From the NCBI RefSeq assembly GCF_009914755.1, contig NC_060943.1: a stretch of 64,000 nucleotides of DNA; one strand, written 5' to 3'. The position numbers and the translations under genes are program-made. The notes under the pieces were generated by a model that was not told where the DNA came from, ran no database searches, and saw nothing but the letters and a program-made list of their open reading frames with translations. The stretch's first letter is position 1; the number at the start of each line of letters is the position of its first letter. The DNA comes from the human T2T-CHM13v2.0 reference genome, Homo sapiens. Positions 1 to 25,359 of the stretch are shown piece by piece.

Positions 1-199
1 GCATCCTGCTTTTGCAAGCCGCACCAGCAATGTCTTCAGGGCAGTCTCAGAGTGCTCCCTGCTGCCTGGGGCCTGAAGCAGCGCTTTCCAAAGTAGTTTT
101 TGCAGAGGCTGCTAGTTTGTTCAGGAGGGAGAACAGACATGGGGGAATTGAGGTCTCTGTTCTCCACCCCTGTATCCTTTTGCTAGCAGGAGACAGCCA

Positions 200-680
200 T
201 GCAGTAGCCACCTCCAAAACGGTCCCCAGTGACCCCTGCCTCTTGGTATTGTGGTCCTCTCCCACAAGGAGTAGGACTGGCTCATGCAACAATAGAACAT
301 TGCAGAAATTGTGGTGTCTTTGGAGAGTCGTTCATGAAAAACACTGCAGCTCCTGCCTTGCTAGCTCTTGGATCATCCACTCTGGAGAAGCCAGCTGAAG
401 ATATACTCAAAACCATCCTCAAATCATGGCAAGGAACTTAGGACTCCTACCCACATCCCTGTGTAGGGGCCATCCTGGGACTGGATGCTGCACCCACAGC
501 CAAGCCTACAGATGAACAAACCTCTGGCTGACATGTGGACTGCAAGTTGGAAAACCCTGAGGCAGGACTACTCAGTTAAGCCATTCCCAACTTCCTGACC
601 TGCAGAAACTGAGATAGGAAACGTCCTTTTAAGCCACTACATTTTAGGGTAATTGGTTGTGCAGTAATAAATGGTAACAC
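200..680 (+). mobile_element. MaLR LTR, MLT1F-like
   Basis: Typical MLT1 3' end ttttaagccactacattttagggtaattggttgtgcagtaat and ctctggagaagccagctg motif. Confidence 0.7.
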
Positions 681-1707
681 TCCACTTCCAGATGCAGGCG
701 AACAAGTCTTGTCTCCTCATTATCCCCCGGTACTTGAAAGACTTGCTCTCACTCACTGCCCTGATCTCACCCTGCTGGGCGGAAGCTTCCTGAAGGCAGG
801 GACCAGGTTGTAATTAATCATTCTTCCTATGTCTATGTCCCTAATATCCCCACACACTGTAAATGCTGCATGGACACTTACCAGATTCACTTGAATTTCT
901 GTCTTTCTGGATGAGAGAAATCCTGGGAGCACAGCTGTGCTTCTTTCTCCCAGAAATTTCCTTCCTCAACTCAAGATGAGAAATACAGCTTTTTAATTAA
1001 CAGAAACTATCTCAACCCAGATCTCAAGTCATTTGATGTGATTCGGGGACTGCTTCTTGCAGAGACAACAGTTACTTGCAAAAAAAGCCCACAAGTCAAT
1101 GCAACTGATTTCAGGAAATTGGGTCCAGCAAGCAGCCTCCACATCCAGGAGGGACCTCACTGCAGCACGGATGGGCAGCACATGTCTGCTCAGCCAACTC
1201 ACTGTCCCTGCTAAGCCACAGGCTTCCAGCCACCTGCTGATCAGCAAGGACTTTACATGTGTCCTCTACCTGCCTGCCACTCTGCCGAGGTGTCCAACAC
1301 AGAGCCCCGGTCCCCAAGAGGCTTTCATTCGGCTAAGCAAGATGTTCATGCAGAAAGATCAGCTACACTTAAATCTGAATTCACCCAGGATTGGTTAGTG
1401 TGTCATTGACTAAATGGTCTTGGAGAACTGAGAAAGGGATCTTTGTTCAGGGAAAATATACCACAACCTCCCCTCAGGGCACAGGAACCTCAAGGGGTTC
1501 ATGGTCTAATGGGGAAAGCTTTCCACAGAGGGAATTTCAAAGGGTGTGCAGGGAGTGGCTGGAAAGGAAGAAAGGATAATCCAAGTTGTTGAGTCTTCAT
1601 GAACAAACAGCCCAGAGAGACAGAGGTGACAAGGAGTCTGTCATGACCCAGCATGAAGTGTAAGATGGAGTGACGAGACATAAGGTTGGGGCACAAGCCA
1701 TGGGGAT

Positions 1708-2142
1708 GTTGGTAGATAATTCATAAGTGTCTCACATTTCTGCATATCTCATGAGCAGAGGCACTGTTGGCCCTTGTGGTAGACTATCTTTTCAAGGCTA
1801 TTTATACAGTGAACAGCTTTGGAAGATAGAGACAGATTTGCAAAGGGCAGGCACACTGACAGCCCACTATTTAAAAAGTAAGGGACACTAAGAGTTCCTT
1901 GCCTGGAACGAAACCCCTACATGGGAAGTTTCCCTCAGCCCTCTGCATTGCCCTGGGGAATTAGAACTCAGAGAATCAGTACACAAAAATGCTGGTACTC
2001 TACTGCTTTTGCTGTGAGAATAAAGCCCTTTGTTTCTGACCCAGGAGCCTTGTGTCTTCCGTCAGCATCCATGAAACTGTGGCAGACTCACCTGTCAGCT
2101 TGCAAAAAGGGTACAATCACAGATCTGTCTCAGCTCCTGATA
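1708..2142 (+). mobile_element. Solo LTR, LTR47-like
   Basis: TG start, internal AATAAA near 2019, end ccatgaaactgtggcag...ttgcaaaaagggtacaatcacaga. Confidence 0.55.
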
Positions 2143-2228
2143 GGAGAACCCTGAATTCCAGGTTTTATCCTGCTGGTCCTTGAGTGGAGAAATTACATTT
2201 GCCTTTAGCTGTAGAAGGGTGTCATTGG

Positions 2229-2468
2229 CGCCTGTAATCCCAGCCTTTGGGAGGCTGAGGCAGGAGGCTCACTTGAGGGCAGGAGTTCAGGTGAAACCCC
2301 ATATCTACTAAAAATACAAAAATTAGCCAGGCGTGATGGCAGGTGCCTATAATCCCAGCTACTCACGAGGCTGAGGCAGGAGAATTGCTTCAACACAGGA
2401 GGAGGAGGTTACAGTGAGCCGAGATCACACCATTGTACTCCAGCCTGGGCGACAGAGTGAGACTCCAT
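2229..2468 (+). mobile_element. Alu, 5'-truncated, internally deleted, no poly-A tail
   Basis: Alu body ending at gagactccat, with CATTGG on both flanks. Confidence 0.9.
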
Positions 2469-2768
2469 TGGAGGGACATTTGTTGGATTTTTTCTTTTTT
2501 TCAAAATGTGCAGAAATCTGTTAAGGATAAAGTTAAATTTCTCTGACCTTTTTTTCTGAGCAGGAATTGAGTGAGGAGTCTACAGGTTAGAAAGAGGAGA
2601 AACCTGGTGTGCCTAAGAGAAACTAGAGAAGGAGAGCCCGAGACTCAGGGCCCAGGGCCACTGCCTGGAGGGCTTGGCCAAACTTGCCTCTCAGCTATAG
2701 CTGACAGCCTCCTAGTCTAGATCATCACCTTCCTCTGCGGACATGGGGGTCTGAACCTCCCTGGAAAA

Positions 2769-3402
<634 letters not shown>

Positions 3403-4227
3403 CGGGCTGTCCTGATGCCTAAAAGCTCCCAGGACACTCACACCTACTGACTTATCCCACAGCCCCAAGGGACTCCTTACGTCCTCAAGCCAAGGGGAAC
3501 CTCCAGCACCGGCAGGCTCAGCCTCCTGCCGCTGGGTGGGGAATGGCAGCATTATTGAGAGTGCATGAAAAATCGCAAGGAGGCAGAAGCCCACCTCACC
3601 TCTTCCCTCAAGCACCCAGTGCACCCTGAGGGTCAAATTGGTGACATCATCTGAACACATTCCCTTTTGAGCTCATCTAAACCTAATGTCTTACCTTTTT
3701 GGTCCCACTACAAATAACACCTGGTTATTACAACAATAATTTCTGCTGGAAAATCCCCTACCCTGTTGCAGTCAAACGGGCAATTGGAAAACGAAAATGT
3801 TAGGGTGCCCTAGACCCAGGAGTCGTAGATATTCTTCCAAGACAATCAACATCAGACAAATGTGGTAAAGAGGTGAGTTGTCACGGGTACGGGATCTCCC
3901 CAACTTAGTGTCTGATAATCTAGAAGTTTCAGCAAAAACCTGCTCCTAGAAAAGCTGCCAGAGCAATGGCCATGCTGGACTAGAGTCCGTGATTCCAGCT
4001 GGACCCACTGTCTGTGGCGGCCACTCCTCGTCTGAAGGGCATTGTCTTGGGTCAATGCGGCAAACTCCACAGCAGAGGTGCTGACACCTGAGAATCCTAC
4101 AGCCCAGCGAGTGAGGCTGTTCCGATCCACTCTTCCTGGCCAGCTGTCAAAACACTCTGCACCTGCTCTCGGACCATAACAAGTATTACTCATGAAGGTG
4201 ACAGTTCCTCAGGCCCACAGTAATAAA

Positions 4228-4228
<1 letters not shown>

Positions 4229-4275
<47 letters not shown>
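4229..4275. repeat. (AC)n microsatellite, about 23 units
   Basis: Perfect dinucleotide run. Confidence 0.97.
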
Positions 4276-4276
<1 letters not shown>

Positions 4277-4312
4277 TTAAAAAAATGCAATAGGTCAACA
4301 ACACTCAATCTA

Positions 4313-4723
<411 letters not shown>

Positions 4724-7086
4724 TTAAAGTTTTCTCACAGTGGTGATAAAATGTTGGGTTTGGGAAAGAAAATGCCTGCTGCAGGGGAAGAAGGAGGAGG
4801 CTGTTCTCTGGAGCACAAGGAGCCGAGGCTGCTCAAAGTTCTGCTGTGTCATTTTTCCTCCTCATTGCCGCCCAGTGAGCATCAAGCATCACTGGTATTA
4901 GGGGATAGGAACGGCTTTTAAACCTCTGTCTTCAGGGCCCGTCTGCCAGGTGCAGTTTCTGGCTTCATGTGTTGAGTAGGTTGGTCAAATCAAATCTCCT
5001 GGACCCCCTCCGAGGATGTGGTTGCCCTGGGCCCTACACAGTGATACATCACACAGCTTCATCCCTTCCAATTAGCGCCCGGTACGCGAATTGATGTACT
5101 GAGAATTAACATCATTGATCTTCATCCAAGAATATGGCCAACAAGGCATAATTTTTTTCTGATCAATGTTGCTGATCAATGACCTAATATAAAAAGAGGA
5201 AAAAAGGAAGGGCATCCCCGGGCATCCGGGTGGATTGATGTGCCTCTATGCATGCAGTTCCAATAGACCTCAGGGCCTGTTCTCTGGTGGGGATTCACAT
5301 TAATAACAGACAGTCTTTCAAGCACAATGAGAAACTTGTGCTCCATGCTTCCAAGGAAATCCCATGTTTCTCCAAGAGAGAGGGGAAATCAGGCACCTCC
5401 TATGGCAACCAGCCTCGGGGCAGACAGAACTCAGTGCCTGCCACAGCTAGGTAAGGCCCGGTGGCCCACTTTATAGAAGTGGCAGGAACCAGTGGGCTCC
5501 CCACGTCCACCCCCTCTAGGCCACTGTCTTTGTGCCACAGTTTATTGGGATCCTCTGTGGGAGGTGGACCAGGGAATAATAAGGAAAGAAAACAATTTAC
5601 TTCTCCCCAGTTATATCCAACCGAGGTAAGTCAAGCTCTCTGGGAGTCTGTCCACGGCAGAGGAAATTCTAGCTCCAGGTTTCCAGTGTGAAGGCAAAAG
5701 GGTGAAATTGTCCACGTGTTACCAATCTCAAGTCTCCCTGCTTTTTATCTCCTCCCAGGGCTCCTACTGCCCCCACCCCCTGCCCCCAGCGCGACTCCAT
5801 TAGTCATGCCTCAGCTGCCCAGCAAGAGGCTCACCTTGTCACACTGCAGGGTTTATTTATTACCCACGCTGGGGGTATTTGCATTTCAAAATAAAACCCT
5901 GCAGAAAGCAATGGCTCCATCTAAAAGAATGACTCTCCATTGTTTGAATGTCAAGCACTGTGGTTCACTGGAGCAGGGCCTCCCAGCTTGGTACACCGTT
6001 GGGGTTGGGGGACCAGCATTTATGATACCCTGGAATGACACTGCTTAGGAAGCCACCTTTTTGGTGCCTTTCAGTTGATTTCAGGCAGTCATTCATGCAC
6101 TGTTTCTCGAACACTGTCTGTGCATCTGCCCGGCACCCACACTACGGATGCACGATGGTGACAGGCAGCACTGTGACAACAGCATGGCAGAGTTTACCAT
6201 TCCTGCCGTCCCCTCTGCTTTTGGCCTCTCCTCCACAATTACTTGCTTTTCCTTGATAAGGAGGAGGGAAAATTGCAATCTAGTCTCCTAACCCAGATGT
6301 CACCAACAAATATCACCAGATAGTCACTAACCTCAAAAAATGAGGCTTAATTGGTGGCAATTTTGCTAAGTAACTTCAGTTCCTTTTGTCTCAGTTTCTA
6401 CCTTTATATGGAAAAGGACACTTGTCACATGAAATTCATGAGCTCATGTCTATACCTCACTGCCCAGTGTTGTATTATTTACTCTGCGGTATGAGTGTCT
6501 CTTTCCATTGTAATAACAAGGTCACTGGGCAGAAAATCACTTCATAGAGAAAGGGGTAAAGGACACCTCCAAAAGAAAAAAAAAAAAAAAAAGACAGGAG
6601 TGGAAATCAATCCCTCACCTTCCTCAAAGCAGCCCTGTCTCGTAACTGCCACAATCTAGCTGTGAATCCTGCCATCTGGAAGCACCCCCACACCCTCCTT
6701 CCGCCTCGCTGACACACCATCAATTTCCAAATGTCATCGACAATCCCACCTCTTCCCCAGGGTCTCGTAATTTCTCTCTCCTTTTGCCCTCTATCTTATT
6801 TAAACCACTTGACTCTGTCCTGCCTATTCTGGAGGTGTTGATCAAAAACCAGTTACATTGTTTATAGAGAAATGCCCTCAGCTTCTGGATGTCTGCAGTT
6901 TCTAGTCACAACGGCTGTGATTCTTTGAAGTGGCCAGTAAACCAGATTTTTGACAGGTGTGGAGGGAAATAATTCCCAGACTGAGGAAAGAAGCTGCAAG
7001 CCGTTGTCTCATTCCTTGTGTTAGAATGCCATCAAGTGACAGACCAGAGAACACCGCTGCAAACCTTGGGCACCTTTTATGTCTAA

Positions 7087-7522
<436 letters not shown>

Positions 7523-7971
7523 CTCAGAGTTCCTTACATTCTTGAATAGAATATAAGATGGTAGAAACCTAACAATCTGAGAATTATAACCCAATTTTCA
7601 GTATTGCAATGCTGGGTCATGTTTTACCATTTGGTTCCCGATGGGAAGAAGCCAGGGGCAACCCTCAAAGCCACCAGTGCTCCAAAAGGAAAGGCCAACG
7701 GGGGCCGCCAGGTGGGTGCTAAAGCTGTATCCTCCATCCAGAGGCTCACGGCTTCTGGGGATCCTCAAGAAGCCTAAAGACCCAAGAGAAACAGGGGAAC
7801 TTCCTCAAGCTCACAAAGAGAGCAGCTGCACCCCAGCCCCGGCCCCTGCTGCTCTGCAGATAAGTGCCAGGTATGAAATGAGGGCCGGTCCTCGGAATTG
7901 TGCATTGACAGGCAGGGTTGAAGCCTCAGGAATGAGGTAATGGTAAATGCCTGCACACACAGATTTAACAT

Positions 7972-8120
7972 TTTTCATTTTTTTTCCCCTCTTAGAGACA
8001 AGGCTCACTCTGTCATCCAGGCTAGAGTGCAGTGGCTTAATCATAGCTCAATGCAGCCCCGAACTCCTGGGCTCAAGCGACCCTCCCGTCTCAGCCTTCT
8101 GAGTGGCCGGGACCACAGAA
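7972..8120 (-). mobile_element. Partial old Alu (right arm)
   Basis: Antisense Alu 3' fragment. Confidence 0.85.
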
Positions 8121-8443
8121 CTAGTGATAGCATGGAGAAGATGGAAATGACACTGTGTCCAGACCAGAAAGGGGGCATTCTACAAGCTGACAATCTCCAT
8201 GTCCCAGCACTTCAGACAGCTGAAGCCCCTGAAGCCTCAGACAGCTGAGGGCTCCTGGCAGTGAAGCAGCCTTCAGGCCCCAGAGCACCCAGAGAGCTTC
8301 TCCCAGGGTCCCTCTCTCTCTAGCACCAGTGGTACCTGGGCTGCAGGGAGGTTGGTAGGGGTCCCCAGGGATTCCTTCATGTGATAAGCTAGACACGGGG
8401 CCCCAAAGAGGCTTCAGGGCTTGAGGAAGATAAATATTTATCA

Positions 8444-8793
<350 letters not shown>

Positions 8794-8838
8794 CATAGGA
8801 AGAGGGTATATGGTCTGGGGAAGTATTCTCAGTAGTTA

Positions 8839-9150
<312 letters not shown>

Positions 9151-9602
9151 TTTGTTAAATCGGAACATGCAGGTATTTACCATCACAGGGAACATTGAAA
9201 GTATTTTTTAGCTTTGAATTTCCATGCCTCTGCTGAAAATTCCTCATCTGCTCACCTGTTTGACCCATCTTTCCCTCTAAGTTTGTTAATCTATTTATAA
9301 TAGTATTTTAAAGGCCTCGTCTTCCAGTTCAGCGTCTGGGTCACCTACGCTTCTGCTCTAGTGACTTTCTTTCCATGATTGTGGGTCACAGTGTCCTGTT
9401 TCTGTGGGTGTCGTATACACTGTTTTTTATATTTCAAGCTGGATGTTGTATATTAAAGAACAGCAGAGACTGGAGAAGACCAAAGGGTCTTTCCATCTCC
9501 CAGAAAAGGCACCCCTTTTCCTTTCAGGAAGCTTTGCTGAGGGGTTGACCTCTGCACAGAATCAGGTTTAAATAGCTTCAGATCCCCTCTGGCTTCAAAT
9601 CA

Positions 9603-9911
9603 TTTTCGTTTTTTGAGACAGGGTCACACTCTGTTGCCCAGGCTGGAGTGCAGTTGCAATCATAGCTCACTGTAGCCTTGACCTTGACCTCCTGGGCTCA
9701 AGCAGTACTCCTACCTCAGCCTCCAGAGCAACTGGGACTACAAGTGTGTGCCACCACGCCTGGCTAATTTTTTATTTTGTTAATTTTTTTGTAGAGATGG
9801 AGTCTCACATGTTGCCCAGGCTGGTCTCAAACTCCTGGCCTCAAGTGACCCTCCCACCTCAGCCTCCAGAAGTGCTGGGATTACAAACGTGAGCCACTGC
9901 TCCCAGCCTGG
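9603..9911 (-). mobile_element. Alu (AluJ-like)
   Basis: Antisense dimer; TSD ggcttcaaat. Confidence 0.93.
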
Positions 9912-11248
9912 CTTCAAATATCTTGAAGGGGAGGTGTGTCCCCTGCCCGCAGCATGGCTTTGGGATTCAGGCACCACAAAGCCAGATCTCTGTGCTTCCC
10001 TGCTGTGCCCCAATTCCAGTTTGGGTGATTTTACATCAGGTCCTTTCTCTCTTACTTTCCCATATTTTGACCTAAACAGACTTATACGAATATAAACACA
10101 TAGCCCCTAGGTCTGGAGTCAATGGCTGCTTTCCCAGAGTTAAGCACAGGTCAAAATAGGTGGCAGGAGGTGCTAGCTACATGCACACACTCCCATGCAG
10201 CCTGCAGTGACTTTCTGCAAACCCTTCAAGTGTCTCAGCAAACCTGAGAAATGCAGTGAAGAAGCTCTCTTAGGACACAGAGAGCCCTACGTTTATCCAG
10301 ACAGACACTCCATTAGCCGAAACTATGCTTTCCTCAGTGCAATCAGCTCACAGAGTAACACCGGGCCAGGGAGCTGGAAGAAATCTATAGTTGCATTTTA
10401 TACATTTGGGATCAAGCTAGCCTTAAAGAGTGACTTTTGGAGGCTGAAAGACTAGAAAACTTGGATTTCAGAGACTGATATGTGACCAGACACACGAAGT
10501 TTTAAGAGTCCCCGCTGTCAGAATTCCAAATGGTTAGTCTTAAACTGACTTAGGGCGCAGCGCTGCCTCTTTACAAAGAGCTGATACGCTGTCTTCCGGC
10601 AAGCACCAGTTCTTTGATTCTTGTAGACAAAGTGCCTATCACCCAGCAGGAGAGGGTTTGACCAGCAGAAGTGTCCAGTGTTAGCGCTGGCACCTTACCG
10701 CCTATCTCTGTGGCACTATTAGGCCTGAGGAATGATTGAGGGCTGATGTCGCTGTGCCCAGGCTCTCCACCACCACCCTCACCAGCCCTCCTCGTCAATA
10801 CACAACGTCTGGATCAAGGGCATAGCAGAGCCAGGGGAGCATGTAATCTTGAGCCTCAGGGACTGTTCTGTCCTAGTGAGGACACAGATAATGATGGCTA
10901 CCATCTCTCAAGCTGTATTACCTGTGCCAGGCCCTGTTTAAACATGCATCATCTTGCTGAGTGCTCCAGGCCACCCTGGGAAGAAGGTGCTGTTAGCAAC
11001 CCATGTTATAGACAAGGCCTTCCTGTAGAAAAAGCATACAGGCCTCATCCCTCTCAAATGTACCTGATATAGATACCCAAAAAGCAAGAAAAAAACTGTG
11101 TATATTTATATACACACACAAATACACACAAACAGATGTGCATACATGTACATATATATACTGACTTCATTGACTTGGTGGATTAAAATTTTCACTGACA
11201 ATAAAGGCTTCCATGTTCTTATTGCAGGTTTGCTGGTATTCAGGATCA

Positions 11249-11604
<356 letters not shown>

Positions 11605-12313
11605 AGAAATAATGTTTTTCTTTAATCCGAAAGTGGAGGAGAGGGGATACACGAAAAAATACTTCTCCACTATATTGTCAGAGGCTATTAGATAAATGGT
11701 TTCTGTAAATTTAGTTGTGTTTATTTACAGAAGTCCTAATTTTCGTGGATACCCACTTACTTAATAGTTGAGGCTTAATCTTTTTGAGCTTACATACGAG
11801 ATTTTTCTTGAATACTCAGAATAGCAGCCTGAATGTCTCAGAGCAACAATCAAAAGGAACCTGTACAAATACAACAAAGTGTGGATTGTAGAATCAAAAA
11901 GCATATGGGTGTTCACTGTTTAAATGTTTCCATTATTCTGTATATTTGAAGTTTTTCATAATAAATTGCTGGAGGTCGGAGGGGAGTCACCTGCAATGAT
12001 TCCATCAAACATTGACTTCTCGTGGAACTTTCACAAAGCCACTACTGGGAAAACACATGTGTATCCATGTTTGAAAGTTTATCATTTATAGCTATAAAAA
12101 AGAAAAAAATTAAAGTCTTTTCACCAAATGCAATTTAGAAAAGAGAAACAAAAGGAAAAATCTCCCATAACTTCACTTACCCGGTTATACAAACTTTTAT
12201 TATATTCATGTAACTATTGTGTATATATTTGGCTTTATTAGTTTGTAACCTTTTTAAAAATTGTATGTAATTTGTTTAATGGCTGCATGGTAATCCATCA
12301 TGTTATAGAAATG

Positions 12314-13174
<861 letters not shown>

Positions 13175-13615
13175 AATGTGCCATACCTAGGAACAGTTTA
13201 TAAAAACAGATTACTGGGACCCACCTTATAAAAACAGATTATTGAGACCCACTTGATAAAAACGAATCTCCAGGTATGATACCAAGAAATTTGAAATGAA
13301 AGCTTACCCTGTGATTGTGATCCTGTATTTGGTCTGTGGATCAAGCAAATTAAGTGTGTGCTAACTAATCAGGTAAATTAATGCATTTAATAATGCATTA
13401 ATTAGCATACCTAATTACCTAATTAGCACATAGTTAATTTGCTTGATCCACTATGATCAAATATAGCATTGTTTTTAAGTTTTTGCTATTATAAACAAAA
13501 ATCACAAACATCCTCACAGGTATCTCTCTGCATACAGAAACATTTTCTGAGAATAATCAAGTGGTTTGTTTGCTTTTTATTTTTTTTGTTTGTTTGCTTT
13601 TTAAAAAATATTTTA

Positions 13616-13906
13616 GGCTGGGCGCAGTGGCTCACCCCTGTAATCTCAGCACTTTGGGAGGCCGAGGCGGGTGGATCATGAGATCAGGAGTTCGAGACCA
13701 ACCTGACCAACATGGTAAAACCCTGTCTCTACTAAAAATACAAAAATTAGCTGGGCGTGGTGGTGTGTGCCTGTAATCTCAGCTACTCAGGAGGCTGAGG
13801 CAGGAGAATCACTTCAACCTAGGAGGCAGAGGTTGCAGTGAGCCGAGATCACACCATTGCACTCCAGCCTGGACAACACAGCAAGACTCCGTCTCAAAAA
13901 AAAAAA
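13616..13906 (+). mobile_element. Alu
   Basis: Full dimer; TSD aaaaatatttta. Confidence 0.95.
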
Positions 13907-14189
13907 TATTTTAATGATGAAGGAACTATGTTGTAATTGCAACTCAAGGACGACCCACCCCACCACCATCAGGGAATTCGAGGGGAGACTGGCAGTTATC
14001 CAGGGATCCCAGAAGGAGTCAACTGGGAGTTAAGAGTCCTAACAACCCTAGAAAAAAACTTTCAAAGACACAGGTCTTCTCATTAATCTCCATAATCACA
14101 GAGGTCTTGCCTAAAAGGGCCCCCCTTGAGTACACAGCTCTGAAACTGGCTAACATCTTCTGCTGTCTCATTTGATTTTAAAGTTCACA

Positions 14190-14420
14190 TTTGTGAAGGG
14201 CTCTATTGTACAACATGGTGACTATAGTTAATAACAGTGAATTTCAGTTAATAACCTGAATTTCACTGAGAGTAGGTCTGAAGTGTTCTCATCACAAAAT
14301 GAGTGTATTAGCATCGCTCATAGCTCATTTAGCCATTACACAATGTATACACATTTCAAACCATATTGTATACCATAAATACATACAATTCTTATTGGTT
14401 AATTTTAAAAATAATAAAAG
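14190..14420 (+). mobile_element. Old L1 (L1MA-like) 3' end fragment
   Basis: tattgtacaacatggtgactatagttaataac...ccataaatacatacaatt 3' UTR motif; flanking taaaagttc repeats. Confidence 0.7.
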
Positions 14421-14671
14421 TTCTCTATCAGTCCCATAAATTACAATTTTCAGGCATCTGCAAAGGCAGCATGTTTTGGTTTACATGTGGTCTTTCCAAA
14501 TTTTATACGTATAAAATAAATGCATAAGTGTACTACATATGCAAAAACTAATACATAAATTTTATAAAGTCAATGCACGCGGGGTCACTGGGATGAACCA
14601 ATTTCAGTGCCTGCAGTCTAATGTTTAAAATCAAAATGGTACAAGGTCACCACCAAAGAAATTGTTTAAGC

Positions 14672-14758
14672 CAATGTTTCTCAAACTAAAACCTTTGGAC
14701 ATACTCCCAGAATCCCCTGTAAAGAAATGTATACTGTACTCAAAGTTGAGAACCACTG
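14672..14758. mobile_element. Short hAT-Charlie-type MITE remnant
   Basis: Terminal inverted repeats caatgtttctcaa / ttgagaaccactg. Confidence 0.55.
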
Positions 14759-14914
14759 ACTTAGCATAAAGGGACCGTATTTCTTTTCTCTCCCACCCAG
14801 CACAGGCCCAGTGCTCAGCAGAAATTGGGGCTCCACAGTTCTGCCCAACACTGGGTCACTGCTGAGAAGTCTGCACCAGGCCTTCCTGCACCTTTCCACT
14901 GAGCAATGGAGTTT

Positions 14915-15222
14915 GTTTATTCATTTATTTATTTATATGGAATTTATTTATTTATTTTGGAGACAGGGTCTCACTCTGTCACCCAGGCTGGAGTGCAGTA
15001 GCGCAATCCAGGTTCACTGCAGCCCTAAACTCCTTGGGCTCAACTGATCCTCCCACCTCAGATACCCGAGTAGTTGGGACTACAAGCACGCACCACCACG
15101 CCTGGATAATTTTTTTTAAATGTTTTGTAGAGATGGGGTCTCCCGATGTTGCCCAGGCTGGTCTCGAACTCCTGGGCTCAAGAGATCCTCCCGCCTGCGC
15201 CTCCCACGGTGTGAGCCACCTT
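14915..15222 (-). mobile_element. Alu (AluJ-like)
   Basis: Antisense dimer with (TTTA)-rich tail. Confidence 0.92.
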
Positions 15223-15893
15223 TGATCTTACTGCTATGATTTTTTTATTGATAAAAACTAATAAATATTCTGAGTCTCAAGAAAGCTTTCTGAAACTATC
15301 AAAGGGACCCAGGCGGCGCATCACTACCTGTGAGGCCGACCCCACTCACAGCACAGACTGCAAGTGAGGCTTACAGATGGGAAGTGCCCTAAGCGAGGTT
15401 AAACAGCTAGTTAGCAGCAGACACGGAACTAGAACCTAAGCCTGCTGTCCCAGCTTCGGTGCCCGTGCTCACAGCGGAAGCTGCCTCGGCTCATCCGTAA
15501 GGGCGCTGATTAGGGACGACAAAGACCTCACCCCACCGTCCCCGTCCCATTTCCGCCCTCCCAGATCCCCAACCTCCTTCGAGTCCTCTCCAAGTCGCCT
15601 CGCCTCGCTCCACTCCAGGCCTTAGCAAGCATTCCACATGCCTTTACCCCAACCCTACTGCCTGTCCCCCAAAAGATGCAGGCGGAAAAGACCCCAGGAA
15701 GCGAGCCCACTCCTCCCCACTGCTCAGCAACACCGCCTACGACGTTCTCAGTAGCCGAATCCCTTTCCAGGCGCATGCGCCCCCGAGGTGGGCGAGCGCC
15801 GGTGATGTCACGCATAGCGCCATCTCCGAGCTCCGAGAGTCTGCGACAGCAGCTGCCAGTGCGTCATCAGAGAGCGCCGGAAGCGGTCCGAGA

Positions 15894-24954
<9,061 letters not shown>

Positions 24955-25353
24955 ATTCTTTGCCGTCTAAGGCAGTTGTTTATGACAGCTGAAAACTGGA
25001 CACTCCCTAAATGTCCACCTTTCAGTGAAGAGATAGTTAAGCCAATTCCATTTATAGACCACCTCCAGCCAGTGACGCTCCGAGTTGAGGATGTTGAACA
25101 ACATGGGAAGGTCGCAGCGTACTAAGTGAAGAAGTCAGAGGACAGAGGAATTTCTCTTTCTAGGAGATTTTCATTTTGTGTGACTCCCATGGGGAGGAAC
25201 AGACTGGCAGGAAGCACACCGGGGTTAACACTGGTTGACTTGAATAGGATTATTCGATTTTTAAAAATACTTTTCCATGTTTTCTGAGTGCTCTATGATA
25301 AATCAGTTGCATCTGTGATAATACAATACATATGTGGACATAAACAGGGATCA

Positions 25354-25359
25354 AATAAA
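25354..25359 (+). terminator. POP4 proximal polyadenylation signal AATAAA
   Basis: Canonical hexamer 400 nt after the stop codon, followed by a G-rich downstream tract. Confidence 0.75.
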
